A stretch of 63,869 bases of DNA, the filler included, from Octopus bimaculoides (taxonomy: Eukaryota): assembly GCF_001194135.2 (NCBI RefSeq). It is 6 parts of 6 records of this genome, joined end to end, with 100 filler letters (N's around TTAATTAATTAA, not from the genome) between each part and the next. Parts side by side here need not be neighbours in the genome. Positions count along the whole stretch, not along the records: positions 30,147 to 40,382 come from NC_068982.1; positions 40,483 to 63,869 come from NC_068983.1; 4 more parts are not named here. One strand, given 5' to 3'. The notes under the pieces are model-generated. The model searched no databases. It saw nothing but the letters and a program-made list of their open reading frames with translations, and had not been told where the DNA came from. Made by a program: the position numbers and the translations under genes. Below are positions 39,760-52,379 of the stretch, in pieces (the first letter of the stretch is position 1; every line of letters starts with the position of its first letter).

Positions 39760-39907
39760 GATGAAGATGATGATGATGATGGGGCGGGGTGCTGATGCTG
39801 ATGGTGATGGTGGTGGTGGTGTTGATGGTGATGTTGATGGTGATGGTGGTGGTGGTGGTGTTGATGGTGGTGGTGGTGGTGGTGGTTGGTGGTGGTGGTG
39901 GTGATGG

Positions 39908-39974
<67 letters not shown>

Positions 39975-40026
39975 GATGGTGGTGGTTTTGATGATGATGA
40001 TGATGATGACGACGACGACGACGACT
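39760..40026. repeat. (GAT)n/(GGT)n/(GAC)n compound trinucleotide tract
   Basis: Directly visible. Confidence 0.95.
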
Positions 40027-40337
40027 TGATGAATGCACTGCACTTTACAATCTGATTTATGTGGATACTCGAAGGTACCGGGTGACCTTCGAGAAAATTC
40101 CGATCAAACAGAGCAACTCGATGCTTAAGTGTTAGGCAAGTTGTCGTCAAGTGAAATCGATTAATCAAAGAAAGATGACGCAAACTAAACGTGATCGAGT
40201 TCAACTGTACTTGATAGAAAACACCTTCCATTTTATTTACTTGCTGATTACAAGTGTTTCATTGATGATCAGTAATGATCACACACACACACACAGATAC
40301 TCACATGTGCGTATTTACATACATACGTATGTATATA

Positions 40338-40382
<45 letters not shown>

Positions 40383-40546
40383 NNNNNNNNNNNNNNNNNN
40401 NNNNNNNNNNNNNNNNNNNNNNNNNNTTAATTAATTAANNNNNNNNNNNNNNNNNNNNNNNNNNNNNNNNNNNNNNNNNNNNTTCATATTTGCTTTCAAT
40501 TTTTAATAAATGTTTAATACTTTGAATAGACTGGTCATATCTATAC

Positions 40547-40750
40547 AGGCTGCAAGCTGGCAGAAACGTTAGCACGCTGGGCAAAATGCTTAGCAGTATT
40601 TTGTCTACCGCTGCGTTCTGAGTTCAAATTCTGCTGAGGTCGACTTTGCCTTTTATCCTTTTGGGGTCGATTAAATAAGTACCAGTTATGCACTGGGGTC
40701 GATGTAATCGACTTAATCCCTTTGTCTGCCCTTGTTTGTCCCCTCTATAG
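40547..40750 (+). mobile_element. SINE family A
   Basis: ctggcagaaacgttagcacgctgggcaaaatgcttagc...ctgagttcaaattctgctgaggtcgactttgcc. Confidence 0.8.
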
Positions 40751-40897
40751 GGCAGGAACATGCTTATACACACAATTATGCACACAATATCAATTGTCCA
40801 TTTTATTTGTTCCAGGTATTTGTTGTGTGTCCCTTCTAACTGGAGCTTAAGTTTCAGAAAAATTTTCTATCTTTTGTTTCCCCATTTTCTGTTCCAG

Positions 40898-41023
40898 GAT
40901 ATGTTACCTTCGTTATCAATAGGAATTCCATGTCTGGCTATTCCTGCTTATATGGCACCTATATACTACAGAATGAAAAATGCCTTAGAAGCTGGAGACT
41001 CAGAAACTGCTCAAAGAGACCAA
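40898..41023 (+). CDS. NPL: N-acetylneuraminate lyase-like, internal exon (DMLPSLSIG...ETAQRDQ), phase 0-0
   Basis: Acceptor ttttctgttccag, donor gtaagg, 126 nt open. Aligns to the vertebrate NPL QLLSALVMG...EAFEQKDFSLALNYQ region (recalled). Confidence 0.8.
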
Positions 41024-41218
41024 GTAAGGATTCTTTTTGAAGGAACTTTAATTTCATGCTGTATCTTTCTAATAAAGAACAAACTTTGATATTCCAATGA
41101 TTCTATCGGCAACCAAATATTCTCATCTTCCACATCAACTATTGGTCATTAGACTTGAATCAATCCACCGTTTTATAAATTAAACTAGAAAGACAACACT
41201 TTCAAGCATAGTTAAGTC

Positions 41219-41960
41219 ATCATCATCATCATCGTTTAACGTCCGTTTTGCATGCTGGCATGGGCTGGATGGTTCAACTGCAGTCTGGGAAGCCAGGAGG
41301 CTGCACCAAGCTCCAATGTGATCTGGCAGTGTTTCTACAGCTGGATGCCCTTCCTAACGCCAACCACTCCGAGAGTGTAGTGGATGCTTTTTACGTGCCA
41401 TCGGCACAGGGGCTGGAGGAGCTGGCATCGACCACGACTGGATGATGCTTTTTATGTGCTACCGACACAGAAGCCAGTCAAAGTGGCACTGGCATCGGCC
41501 ACGTTTGGATGGTGCTTTTTACATGGGGATCACAACTACAATTTCCATTTGATTTTGATGTACTTGACTCAATAAGTCTCCTCAAGCACGGCATGTTGCC
41601 CTATGATCCAAGGTACTTTTGAGTGGGCTGGTTATGCGATGGTGGTGTAGGTTAGAGCTGTGAACTCACTTTATTTGCCGGGGTCTTCTCAGTCACAGCA
41701 TACCTCAAGAGGTCTCGGTCTTTTTTCCATTGCCTTTGTGAGGCCCAACGTTCGAAGGTCATGCTTCACCACCTCATCCCATGTCTTCCTAGGTCTCCCT
41801 CTACCCTGAATTCCTTCCACTGTTTGGGAGTGGCACTTCATCACACAGCTCTCCTCCTCCATCCGCAGTACATGACCATACCAACGCAAACGTCTCTCTT
41901 GCATGCCACATCCGATGCTTCTTATGTCCAACATTTCCCTCAGAGCGTTTACACTCTGTC
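41219..41960 (-). mobile_element. RTE LINE 3' end (RT tail + 3' UTR + (GAT)n), antisense in the NPL-like intron
   Basis: SVNALREMLDIRSIGCGMQERRLRWYGHVLRMEEE...GRGRPRKTWDEVVKHDLRTLGL is contiguous with the (GAT)n-tailed repeat. Confidence 0.88.
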
Positions 41961-42594
41961 GTGTTATATTAAAAACAGAATAACACAATTTCTATATTTC
42001 ATCCAATTTTGGGGGCCACTGTCATAAAGTTAAATCATTGTCATTGGGGTAATTAATGACCATGAGTTAATCAGTGGTCACTGTGTTAACCAATGGTCAG
42101 TGTATGGTACCCTGTGATCAGTGTGGTAACCAAATAGCTTCAATAAAAGGATTAACCAACCAACAGTGGTAAAATTTGTTGCTTTAAATAACTGAACACA
42201 AATATAATATTATGGTCTCAGGGATGCGGTCAATAGTGACCAGATGAGAGACACTAGGACAAACAATATATTGCACTTCATATTTAAGGCTCTGATGAAG
42301 CTATTAGGTGTTATTCAGACACTCAACTATGAGTGCACTGCATCTCATAACAGAAACAGCTGTAAGCTAATGGAGTCCATAAGACAATCGTTTTATTCCT
42401 TTGTAATCTTTTTTTCTTATTACTGCTCTATACTCGTCTAACGCTTCGTTCTGAAACATGTGTATTGAGTTCTACACCAGATTATTAGTCATGCAATGCC
42501 TGAGCAAAATATATATTTGTGTTATCTATGCTGTTTGTTATATGTTATGTATACTGAATTTCAGACAATTTTTTTTCTATTTTTCTTGTTCCAG

Positions 42595-42637
42595 TTGATG
42601 GCTGTGAATGTAGTGAAAATTACCTCCAAACACAATG
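42595..42637 (+). CDS. NPL: NPL-like short exon (LMAVNVVKITSKHN-), phase 0-1
   Basis: Acceptor ttttcttgttccag, donor gtaggt. Its 43 nt join the flanking exons in frame (G+AC = Asp). Confidence 0.72.
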
Positions 42638-43077
42638 GTAGGTAGAATTTATAGCTCTTTCACTCAATCATTCTCTCTCTCTCTCTTTCTCTCTCTCTCT
42701 TTCTCTCTCTCTCTTTCTCTCTCTCTCTTTCTCTCTCTCTCTTTCTCTCTCTCTCTTTCTCTCTCTCTCTTTCTCTCTCTCTCCCTTCCTCCCTCTCATA
42801 CACACACACACACACATGCATGCACACACACATATATATTCTGTGAAAAAATATCTGGTCATGGTGAAAAATTACCAAACTTGGAATCAGGTAAGGGTAG
42901 GCAACAGGAAGGGCATCCAGTTGTAGATAATTTGCCTCAGCCAATTCCGTATCCCCAATGAAAGCATGGCAAAGTGGACAGTAAATGATGATGACAACAA
43001 CAAAAATTATACTTTTATCTCCCTAATGAACCAAAACTCATGAAGGGACCTAAAATTTTGATTAATTTTTCTTTTAG

Positions 43078-43266
43078 TTTCACATTTCATGGCATATAAG
43101 ACGTACTTTTGTTTTCAAAAACATCTCATCACCCTGGGTCCTGTCTGCAAAGTTGGGCTTATATCACATGCTTTCATGCACAAAATTTTTTTCCACCTGA
43201 ATATGTGCAGCCGAACTTAAGGTGTGTCTAATAAACAGGTGTACCTTTTATGCCATCAAATATGGA
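43078..43266. mobile_element. Possible pogo/Tigger-type MITE remnant
   Basis: Imperfect inverted ends catttcatggcatataagacgtac / gtaccttttatgccatcaaatatgg. Confidence 0.4.
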
Positions 43267-43539
43267 AGTGTTTTATTTATTTTACTTAACAGATTTTTTT
43301 CACACCTAACATATAGTAATTGCCCCCACGTCCCTCTCTCTCTCTCCCCCTCACTCTTTCTCTCTCTGAAGGATGACCTCAAAATGCTGACCCTTTCAGA
43401 TGAGATGACAAAGGACTGAAATACCTGGCACCTTGTTATATGCAAGAAGACCTGTCCTCCACAGCATACACACACACACACACACACACATCTGCTCTGT
43501 GTCCATGTAATTACGCTGTATTATTTAATTTTTTTGCAG

Positions 43540-43688
43540 ACGAACTCGTCTCCAGAGAGAAAGCCATGTTGTCCTTATTTGGTATGGATCTGGGCCCCAC
43601 AAGGTTACCGCTTGTCAGCATGCCAGAAGAGCAGAAGATTGCCATGAAGTCAGAACTTGAAGAATTGGGATTCTTGTTTCGGTCGTAA
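43540..43688 (+). CDS. NPL: NPL-like terminal coding exon (DELVSREKAMLSLFGMDLGPTRLPLVSMPEEQKIAMKSELEELGFLFRS*)
   Basis: Acceptor ttttttgcag. The KAM..G.DLGP.RLPL motif is characteristic of the NAL/DHDPS C-terminus. Double stop TAA TAA. Confidence 0.88.
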
Positions 43689-43717
43689 TAATGGATTCTA
43701 AAAGTGGTGCTGACAGT

Positions 43718-44222
43718 GACGATGATGACGATGATGATGATGGTGATGATGATGACAATGTCAATGATGATGATGATGATGATGATGAGATGGTGGTAGA
43801 CTTACGCTGTTGTAATTGGTGTTCATCATTATCATCACCACCACCACCACCACCACCTCCACCACCATCATCATTGTCCTCATCGTCGTCATCACCATCA
43901 TCATCACCATCATCATTGCCATCATCATCACCATCATTGTCTTTCTTCATTGTTGTCATCATCAGAGTTTTGTCATCACACATAAGCATGTGTATATAAT
44001 TTTGAGGATGATAATGATGACAATGAGGAGAAGGAGGAGGAGGATAACCACATCATCATCATCGTCGTCATCATCATCATCATTATCATTATCAGCTGGA
44101 AATGAATTAATTATTGACAGCAACAGTTGTTTATCAGTGCTGTCATCAGCATCCTCTTCAGCATCATCATCATCATCCTCATCATGTACTTTATTGTCAT
44201 CATCACTGAAACTGTCTTCGTG
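43718..44222. repeat. Alternating (GAT)n and (CAT/CAC)n tracts in the presumed 3' UTR
   Basis: Directly visible. Confidence 0.9.
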
Positions 44223-44924
44223 ATGACAAGAGGAATTTAAAAGAAACAAACTGATAAAGCAAAAATCCCAAAATAAATGTATATAAGTTTAATAATTGGA
44301 AAAATCCTTTTAAAAATGTTTTCTTTTCCTTGNNNNNNNNNNNNNNNNNNNNNNNNNNNNNNNNNNNNNNNNNNNNNNNNNNNNNNNNNNNNNNNNNNNN
44401 NNNNNNNNNNNNNNNNNNNNNNNNNNNNNNNNNNNNNNNNNNNNNNNNNNNNNNNNNNNNNNNNNNNNNNNNNNNNNNNNNNNNNNNNNNNNNNNNNNNN
44501 NNNNNNNNNNNNNNNNNNNNNNNNNNNNNNNNNNNNNNNNNNNNNNNNNNNNNNNNNNNNNNNNNNNNNNNNNNNNNNNNNNNNNNNNNNNNNNNNNNNN
44601 NNNNNNNNNNNNNNNNNNNNNNNNNNNNNNNNNNNNNNNNNNNNNNNNNNNNNNNNNNNNNNNNNNNNNNNNNNNNNNNNNNNNNNNNNNNNNNNNNNNN
44701 NNNNNNNNNNNNNNNNNNNNNNNNNNNNNNNNNNNNNNNNNNNNNNNNNNNNNNNNNNNNNNNNNNNNNNNNNNNNNNNNNNNNNNNNNNNNNNNNNATA
44801 TATACATACATACATATTCATATATATATATGTATATATATATACATACATACATATATATTCATATATATGTATATATATTTGTGTATGTGTATATATA
44901 TATATATAAACATATATGTATAAG

Positions 44925-44973
<49 letters not shown>

Positions 44974-45039
44974 ATATATATATATATACATACACACTTA
45001 CATGCACACACACACACATACATATATACATATACACTT

Positions 45040-45086
<47 letters not shown>

Positions 45087-45564
45087 CAAGTATTTATATA
45101 TATATATATATACACATATGTATATGCACTGTTTGAAAGATTAAAATATAAATCAAATGTCCATTTGGTGGACAGAAATAACTTTTAATTATTTTCAATT
45201 TACTAAAATTTTCTGGAAAAAATTAACAAAACCATTTTTTCTATTTTTCTATTCATTTTCAATATTTATATATTTTTTCTTTCTTCTCTTGATAAATTCT
45301 TTAATTCTCAGAAAACCCTCCTCCTCCTCCTTTGTGATATTCTTGGCACCGTCTTTTACAGTCGGTTTACACCTTGCATTTGCATCTTTACCTTATTTAT
45401 TACTAATACAACCTTTCTAATTATCTTCATTATCTTCATCAGCGCTATTGTCGTCCTGGTCAATACCGTCATCATAATTGCTCTCCTCCTCCTCCTCCTC
45501 CTCCTCACCATCATCAAAATCATCATCATCATCATTATCACCACCTCCACCACCAACATTATAC

Positions 45565-45775
45565 CAGTGGTTCCCAACCTGTGGTCCGTGGACCCCTGGT
45601 GGTCCATAAAGGAAGTACTGGCAGACCGTGAACTAAATTCAAAATTTCACACACACACACACACACATANNNNNNNNNNNNNNNNNNNNNNNNNNNNNNN
45701 NNNNNNNNNNNNNNNNNNNNNNNNNNNNNNNNNNNNNNNNNNNNNNNNNNNNNNNNNNNNNNNNNNNNNNNNNNN

Positions 45776-45829
<54 letters not shown>

Positions 45830-45972
45830 ATGTATGTGTATGTATGTATATATGTGTATGTGTGTATATATATAAGCCATTTTAAGGACAAGCATATTAA
45901 AAGTGGTCCATAGGAAAACTCATTTAAATAAAAGGTGGGGGCCCTTGTTAGTGAAAAGGTTGAGAACCACTG
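45565..45972. mobile_element. hAT-Charlie-type MITE with internal microsatellites
   Basis: TIRs cagtggttcccaacct / aggttgagaaccactg; degenerate 8-bp TSD cattatac / gtctatac. Confidence 0.8.
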
Positions 45973-46951
45973 GTCTATACCATGACCACCACTATCATTA
46001 GCATCAGTGCAACCACCACTGCCACTACTACTACCAATACCATCCCCACCTTCAGCAGCATCAATAATGCCACCACCACCACCACCATCAGTGTTATCAT
46101 CACTATCATCTACATCAATACAGTCAACCTCCTGTTCATTACACTGACATTGTCCAGACATTCCGTCAATTATATTACTAGTCAATTTGTGGCCCGTCAA
46201 TTCACCAATGTCAAAGCTGGAATGCCACCAAACCATGGAATGGTTTTTAACCAAAGAGATTGAAATTAATGTTATGAAATACAAACTTTTTTTTTCTTTT
46301 TGGTATTCATTTGTGAGCAATAACAAAAATTGGAATGGAATGGTGGGGGAAAAACAAAACATTAAAAAAAAAAAAGGACCATTTTGTAGAATTTCCTGTT
46401 TGTGTTCTTCTGTTTCTTGTATTTTATTTTATGGAACACATCGGGGACACAGGGTAATTAATTATGTAGAATGGAAGAATTAGAATGATCACTATCTTCA
46501 CCATCATCCCCCCCCCCCAACCACCATCATCATCTTCACCTTCGCTGCCACCACCATCACCACCATCGTTTTTGTGTTCACTCTCTCTTCACTGATATGG
46601 GTTGGACAAAAAGTTATTTGAGTCAGGATTCTATGGCCAAATGCCTTTCCTGTCACCAACCTTTATTTGCTTTTCAAGAATGATTAAAAAAATTTTTTTT
46701 CTTCTGTTTCACTGTTCTTTACATGTTTGAAAACGCTGAAACTGGTGAGTTACAAGATGTTCTGTTTACAAGAGAATTAAACTGACTCATTTCTTCTGCT
46801 TTGATGGCATTGATACAAAGATATACAGAAATATAGATTGAACAAACGGAACGAGGAAATCCAGCCATAGAAAATCTGCCTCATTGAATTCTGTCTGACC
46901 CATGCAAGCATGCAATAGGAGACAGTAAAACAGTAACGAAGATAACAGTGG

Positions 46952-46998
<47 letters not shown>

Positions 46999-47412
46999 GC
47001 TCTCATTGCTATCTCTCTTATATCTCCGGAACTATCATCGTTGTTTATTTATTTGCATTACGTATTAAGCAAAACCAGCATAAAACTCAAAGAACCATTC
47101 TCTCAGCAACAATTTAACACATCCTTGACCCCCCCCCATGTATCATACTTAATATACACACCCTTTCAACTGGTCACTTACTGTAGCGTTTGTCCTGAGA
47201 TAAACATCTCAGGACAAATACCACAGTAACTGGCCTATCGACAGTGTGTATATATATATGTATATATGTATATACATTAAGCATGGTACATAGATGGCTA
47301 TTTTAATTAAATAAGACCTCAGTTGTGGCAACCAGATGGAACAATTACATTTTTTCGCTTGTGCAATTTGAGCTGAAATCCAAATATATGAATTTGTTTT
47401 TTTTAGTATTAA

Positions 47413-47635
47413 CCCTTTTGATACCAACCCGGCTGAAACCGCCTCTGGCTCTATAGTATAAAATGTCTTGTTTTCAAAAGTTTTGAATTAAAATCTTCCA
47501 CCAAACCTTAGTCACAATTTATGTTCCTAACACTAGCTTAATGATAACTAAGTTATTTTACTAAATTCTTTGTTATATTTAAAATTAATTGAAAGAAACA
47601 CAGAATATCTCAAAATAAATACAATAACGAAAGGG
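47413..47635. mobile_element. piggyBac-type MITE copy 1
   Basis: TTAA-CCCTTT...AAAGGG-TTAT. Confidence 0.8.
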
Positions 47636-47655
47636 TTATCAAATGATTAATTTAA

Positions 47656-48136
47656 CCCTTTTGATACCAACCCAGCTGAAACTGCTTCTGGCTCTGTAGT
47701 ATAAAATGTCTTGTTTTCAAAAGTTTTGAATTAAAATCTTCCACCAAACCTTAGTCACAATTTATGTTCCTNNNNNNNNNNNNNNNNNNNNNNNNNNNNN
47801 NNNNNNNNNNNNNNNNNNNNNNNNNNNNNNNNNNNNNNNNNNNNNNNNNNNNNNNNNNNNNNNNNNNNNNNNNNNNNNNNNNNNNNNNNNNNNNNNNNNN
47901 NNNNNNNNNNNNNNNNNNNNNNNNNNNNNNNNNNNNNNNNNNNNNNNNNNNNNNNNNNNNNNNNNNNNNNNNNNNNNNNNNNNNNNNNNNNNNNNNNNNN
48001 NNNNNNNNGTAGTCACAATTTATGTTCCTAACACTAGCTGAATGATAACTAAGTTATTTTTCTAAATTCTTTGTTCTATTTAAAATTAATTGAAAGAAAC
48101 GCAGAGCATCTCAACAGAAATAGGGTAACAAAAGGG
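47656..48136. mobile_element. piggyBac-type MITE copy 2 (spans an N gap)
   Basis: TTAA-CCCTTT...AAAGGG-TTAA; nearly identical to copy 1. Confidence 0.8.
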
Positions 48137-48545
48137 TTAAATAAATTAGTTTTATTTATATATATATAAAAAAAAAGATTGAATCACAATTTAATTAAAG
48201 GTAAACAAAAAATGAAAAAAGGTACACCCCAGAACAAATGGCACGTTCAGCCACACACTGTGGACATGACCACAATGGCATTGCTGCAGACAATGACCAG
48301 TGATATTCACTGCAGTAGCCATCCCCCACCACGGGGGTTCATTTCTCTTATAAATTGCAATGAGAATAACAGAAATAATCTGATGTTATTCTCACTTGGA
48401 TGCTGAGGGTTAATTAACTTGGCAACAAATTAATGATGAATTGTTCCAGCATTGTTGTCCAATATTGTCTCCATTGGAATGGAACAGATGAGAACATAAC
48501 AGAATCTTTACATGTATTGGTTGTTTTCTCATCTGTGAACTTTAA

Positions 48546-48936
48546 TCCTTTTGATATGAATGTGCCTCTGGTTCTAAGATACAAACTTTCTTTTTTTTTT
48601 AAGGGGTCTGAATTAAAAGTTTCCAGAAAATTTCATGTTAATTTATGTTTCCTGTTAATTTATGTTAATTTATGTTTCAAACACCAGCTAAATGATGACA
48701 AAGTTACTTTATTAAATTCCTCACTATTTTCAAAAAAAGCCAGTGTATTTCATCAGAAAAATGGTATCAAAATGATTAAAGAGATCTAAATAACCCCCCA
48801 CTACCACCACCACCCTTAGAATTTCATGTTCCAAACACCAGCTTAATAACGACAAAATTATTTTACATTTTTCTTTTTTCAAAATTATCTAAACCAGAAC
48901 CTGTGAATATCAATAAAAAATATGGCAGCAAAAGGA
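48546..48936. mobile_element. Older diverged relative of the same piggyBac MITE
   Basis: ttaatccttttgat...gcctctggttct...aatttatgtttc...aaaaggattaa. Confidence 0.55.
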
Positions 48937-50247
48937 TTAACATTCTCTGTCTAAACTACCAACATTATTCCAATTCTTTTGTTGGCATTTTCTATTCATT
49001 GAAACATTTTCACCATCACCTCATGACATTTTCTCATCCAATATTTATCCTTCATCCATTTTCATTTCATGTCCTTACCATTGCATCAAAATCTACTGCA
49101 TACACAGTCCAATACATTTAATATCCAGCCATTTTTTTTTAATCCCTGAACACTAAGTCTTTCTTGTAAATTAACATTAACACCTCCAACTAATTTTACT
49201 CATTTGGTTTCTCTGAAATTTTTGTAGATTATCTACATCAAAATTTGGCTTTATGCTTCTTAAACTTATGGCTTCACAGTTCTTACTCATGCCCTATAAA
49301 ACTCACATTTTATTCAGAGAAAGGTACCATTGTTGCCAATAAAAATAGCAATTCTTCAGATTTCTTCCACTATTTTTTTTCTGTGCTTTATCTAAGCAGA
49401 AGGTAAAAAACCTCAAGTACAATGGGGTTGCTTTACACTCACATTTTACAAATGAAGGAATCTTCCATATCAAATATGTTGAAACCGTTACTGAACAGTT
49501 CTTCCCGGTAACACCAAGTACTGAAAATGGTTACAACAGGTTATGAGAATGGTCAAGTTAAATTTAGAATTCAAGATACACTTAGCTCATAAACAATTTC
49601 TTTCTTTCTCTCTCTCTCTCTGTCCCTCCCTATATATTTATTTATATATATATATAGTTATTTAAATAGGCAGAATTTATAAAGTGACTCAAGGACTGAG
49701 AGTTTCGTGCATGTCACAAACATATTTAAACTTAGATGTGTTTCGGCTAAAATTGGACCAGATCATGTCTAACTTAATAACATCATCTGACTGCATCTGT
49801 TAAACCATTTTTAAGTCACGTTTTGTAACCCATTCAAATATTTACATACATATATATAAATATATATATATAAATATATACATATATATAACCCAGAATT
49901 ATTCTCTTTTGAAGATTAATTCTTGATATTCAATAGTTCGTTCCATTTACAGAACATTTTACATTTTTTAGCAAAATTGAGAACCTCTTTGTCTTATTAA
50001 GCTTTTTGTCTATTACCAATTCTTCCTCATCTTTGACACACCAAAAGGATATATCTTCCCTTTTCTATTCCTACAATAATAACCTTTGCAAATAAACTTG
50101 CTAATTTTTACCATTCCACTACATACAGAATGGGCCAAACAGTCTGAAACATTTGACATTTTATTCAATTTTAGAAAAATTGAAACATGTCTTTGACAAT
50201 TCCAGAGCATATTAGACTTATTTTGTGCATGACTCTTGGCCCACCCT

Positions 50248-50300
<53 letters not shown>

Positions 50301-51132
50301 TATAATGATGTGACTAATGTGTATATATATATATATNNNNNNNNNNCCATTAGGTCATCTCTTTATATTATATCATATATATATGTGTATATAGATATAT
50401 ATATATGGTTAATCAAATATATTCAATGAGAATGCAGTATACTGAATTTCGAATAAGTGCTCTTGGTAGGGAAATGTCTAAAACCTTAAAGGTATTTAGA
50501 CATTTAATAAGAGCGATTATAAATTATAAAGTAAGAGCAGGAAAATTAACATTAAAAAATCACAGAAGATACACGTCCATAATATAAATAATAGGTAAAT
50601 ATATATAAAGTATGATTATTTAAAAAGGTTTGAGATATCTTATGATCATTTCATGAATGTATTACTTTTTGAAATGAAATCCAAAATTGATAATCATTGA
50701 TAGGTAGTACATCCACTTGTCAGAGACAAGGGTGAATTTCCATGTAGTCATTCGAATGATAGAGATGCTATTTAAAAATGTATGATAAAGATGTTGTTTA
50801 AAAAAAAATGCATACCTATATTAGCAACTTTTTAAACAACACCTTTATCATACGTTTTTAAATAGTATCTCTCTCATTCGATTGACTACACAGAAATTCA
50901 TCCTTTTCTCTGACAAGTGGATGTATTACCTAATAAAGATTATCAATTTTGGATTTCGTTTCAAAAGGTAATACATTCATTAAACGATCACAAGATATCT
51001 CAAACCGTCTTAAATAATCATACTTTATATATTTATTTATTAATACAATATTATTTATATTATGGACGTATATCTTCTGTGATTTTTTGATGTAATTTTT
51101 CCTGCTCTTACTTTATAATATATATATATATG

Positions 51133-51175
<43 letters not shown>

Positions 51176-51849
51176 NNNNNNNNNNNNNNNNNNNNNNNNN
51201 NNNNNNNNNNNNNNNNNNNNNNNNNNNNNNNNNNNNNNNNNNNNNNNNNNNNNNNNNNNNNNNNNNNNNNNNNNNNNNNNNNNNNNNNNNNNNNNNNNNN
51301 NNNNNNNNNNNNNNNNNNNNNNNNNNNNNNNNNNNNNNNNNNNNNNTATATATACTAACACACATACAAGACTAGAAAAATAGCCAACAACTGATGAAGG
51401 GTCGTTCTTTATGTTTGTTTTGTTTTCCATTTGTGTCTTTCATTGTTCGAAAGAATAATTCATGTTCTATGTACTCTTGCTTCGTATTTTTTCTTGTACA
51501 CATTTCGTGACATCCTGTGCCCACATATGCATATATATATATATATATATACACATACATGCACACGCACACACACACACACACATGATGCTTGTTATGC
51601 AATTTATTAAAAATGATTTTTTTTTTTTTAAATAAGCTATTTTTCCAGCTAAGAAATGGTGATGTGTATAATCTGTGCAGAACTTCCCAAACTAACAAAT
51701 GCCATCATTGTTGGTATTTAACTTGAACTTCTTTTAGTAATTATCCCTGAATACAGGAAATAGAACTTCAGACTCTGATTGGAGAGATGCAGCATCAGTG
51801 ATAATTGGGATAGAATTAGATACAGAAGACGAGATTAGGCAGAGGTAGC

Positions 51850-52330
51850 TAAATAGCTTGTTAGTTCTTAGAAGCACAAGATTTGGAATAAAAGCAACAA
51901 AGGTGGCAGGAAACCATGTTCCTGTGAACCTGGTTAGTGTGAACTTGGTCTTTGGTTTGAAGACAGTTTCCTCTCTGCCCCTCACCAGTCACAAAGGCCC
52001 CATTAGGATCATCAGTGCTGTCCTTCTTCCTCTGGACAATCCATAAATATATCAATGAGGGTTCCAGTTGATCCAATTCTCCAGGCCCTCTTTCCTCATT
52101 ATGTGACCAAGAAATCCCTGTTGCTTGGTCCTTGTCTGATGAAGGAGTTTCCTATTTACTGCAGCCTGGATCATCACTTCTTCATTAGACACTTTGTCTC
52201 CATGCAATCCTCAATATTCCCCTTATGAACCACATTTCGCAGCCCTCAAAGCCCCTTCTCACTTCTAATGTTATAGATCATGACACATTTCTGTACATTA
52301 ACACAAGGTAGACGTAGCAGTTCAATGTAC
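51850..52330 (-). mobile_element. RTE LINE RT C-terminal remnant
   Basis: DKVSNEEVMIQA...KQQGFLGHIMRKEGLENW. Confidence 0.7.
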
Positions 52331-52379
52331 GGATGTTGGTCTTGATGCTCAGAGTAGAATCTCTCTCTCAAGGTGTTTT

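Noticed and set aside
39636-40231. Poly-His/Asp/Ser/Ile ORFs (also 28808-29096, 43615-44249, 45356-45607)
   Set aside because: They are translations of trinucleotide microsatellites.
43691-43999. ORF MDSKSGADSDDDD starting just after the NPL-like stop
   Set aside because: It derives from a (GAT)n/(CAT)n tract in the presumed 3' UTR.
46195-46250. Minus-strand IPALTLVN resembling NPL HIPALTGVK
   Set aside because: Followed by a stop with no donor site, on the wrong strand; chance-level match.
49443-49520. Minus-strand exon-like LGVTGKNCSVTVS resembling NPL NGTTGEGLSLSVS
   Set aside because: Only 6 of 13 identities, the end phase does not fit, and no supporting neighbouring exons; expected by chance given the many motifs tested.
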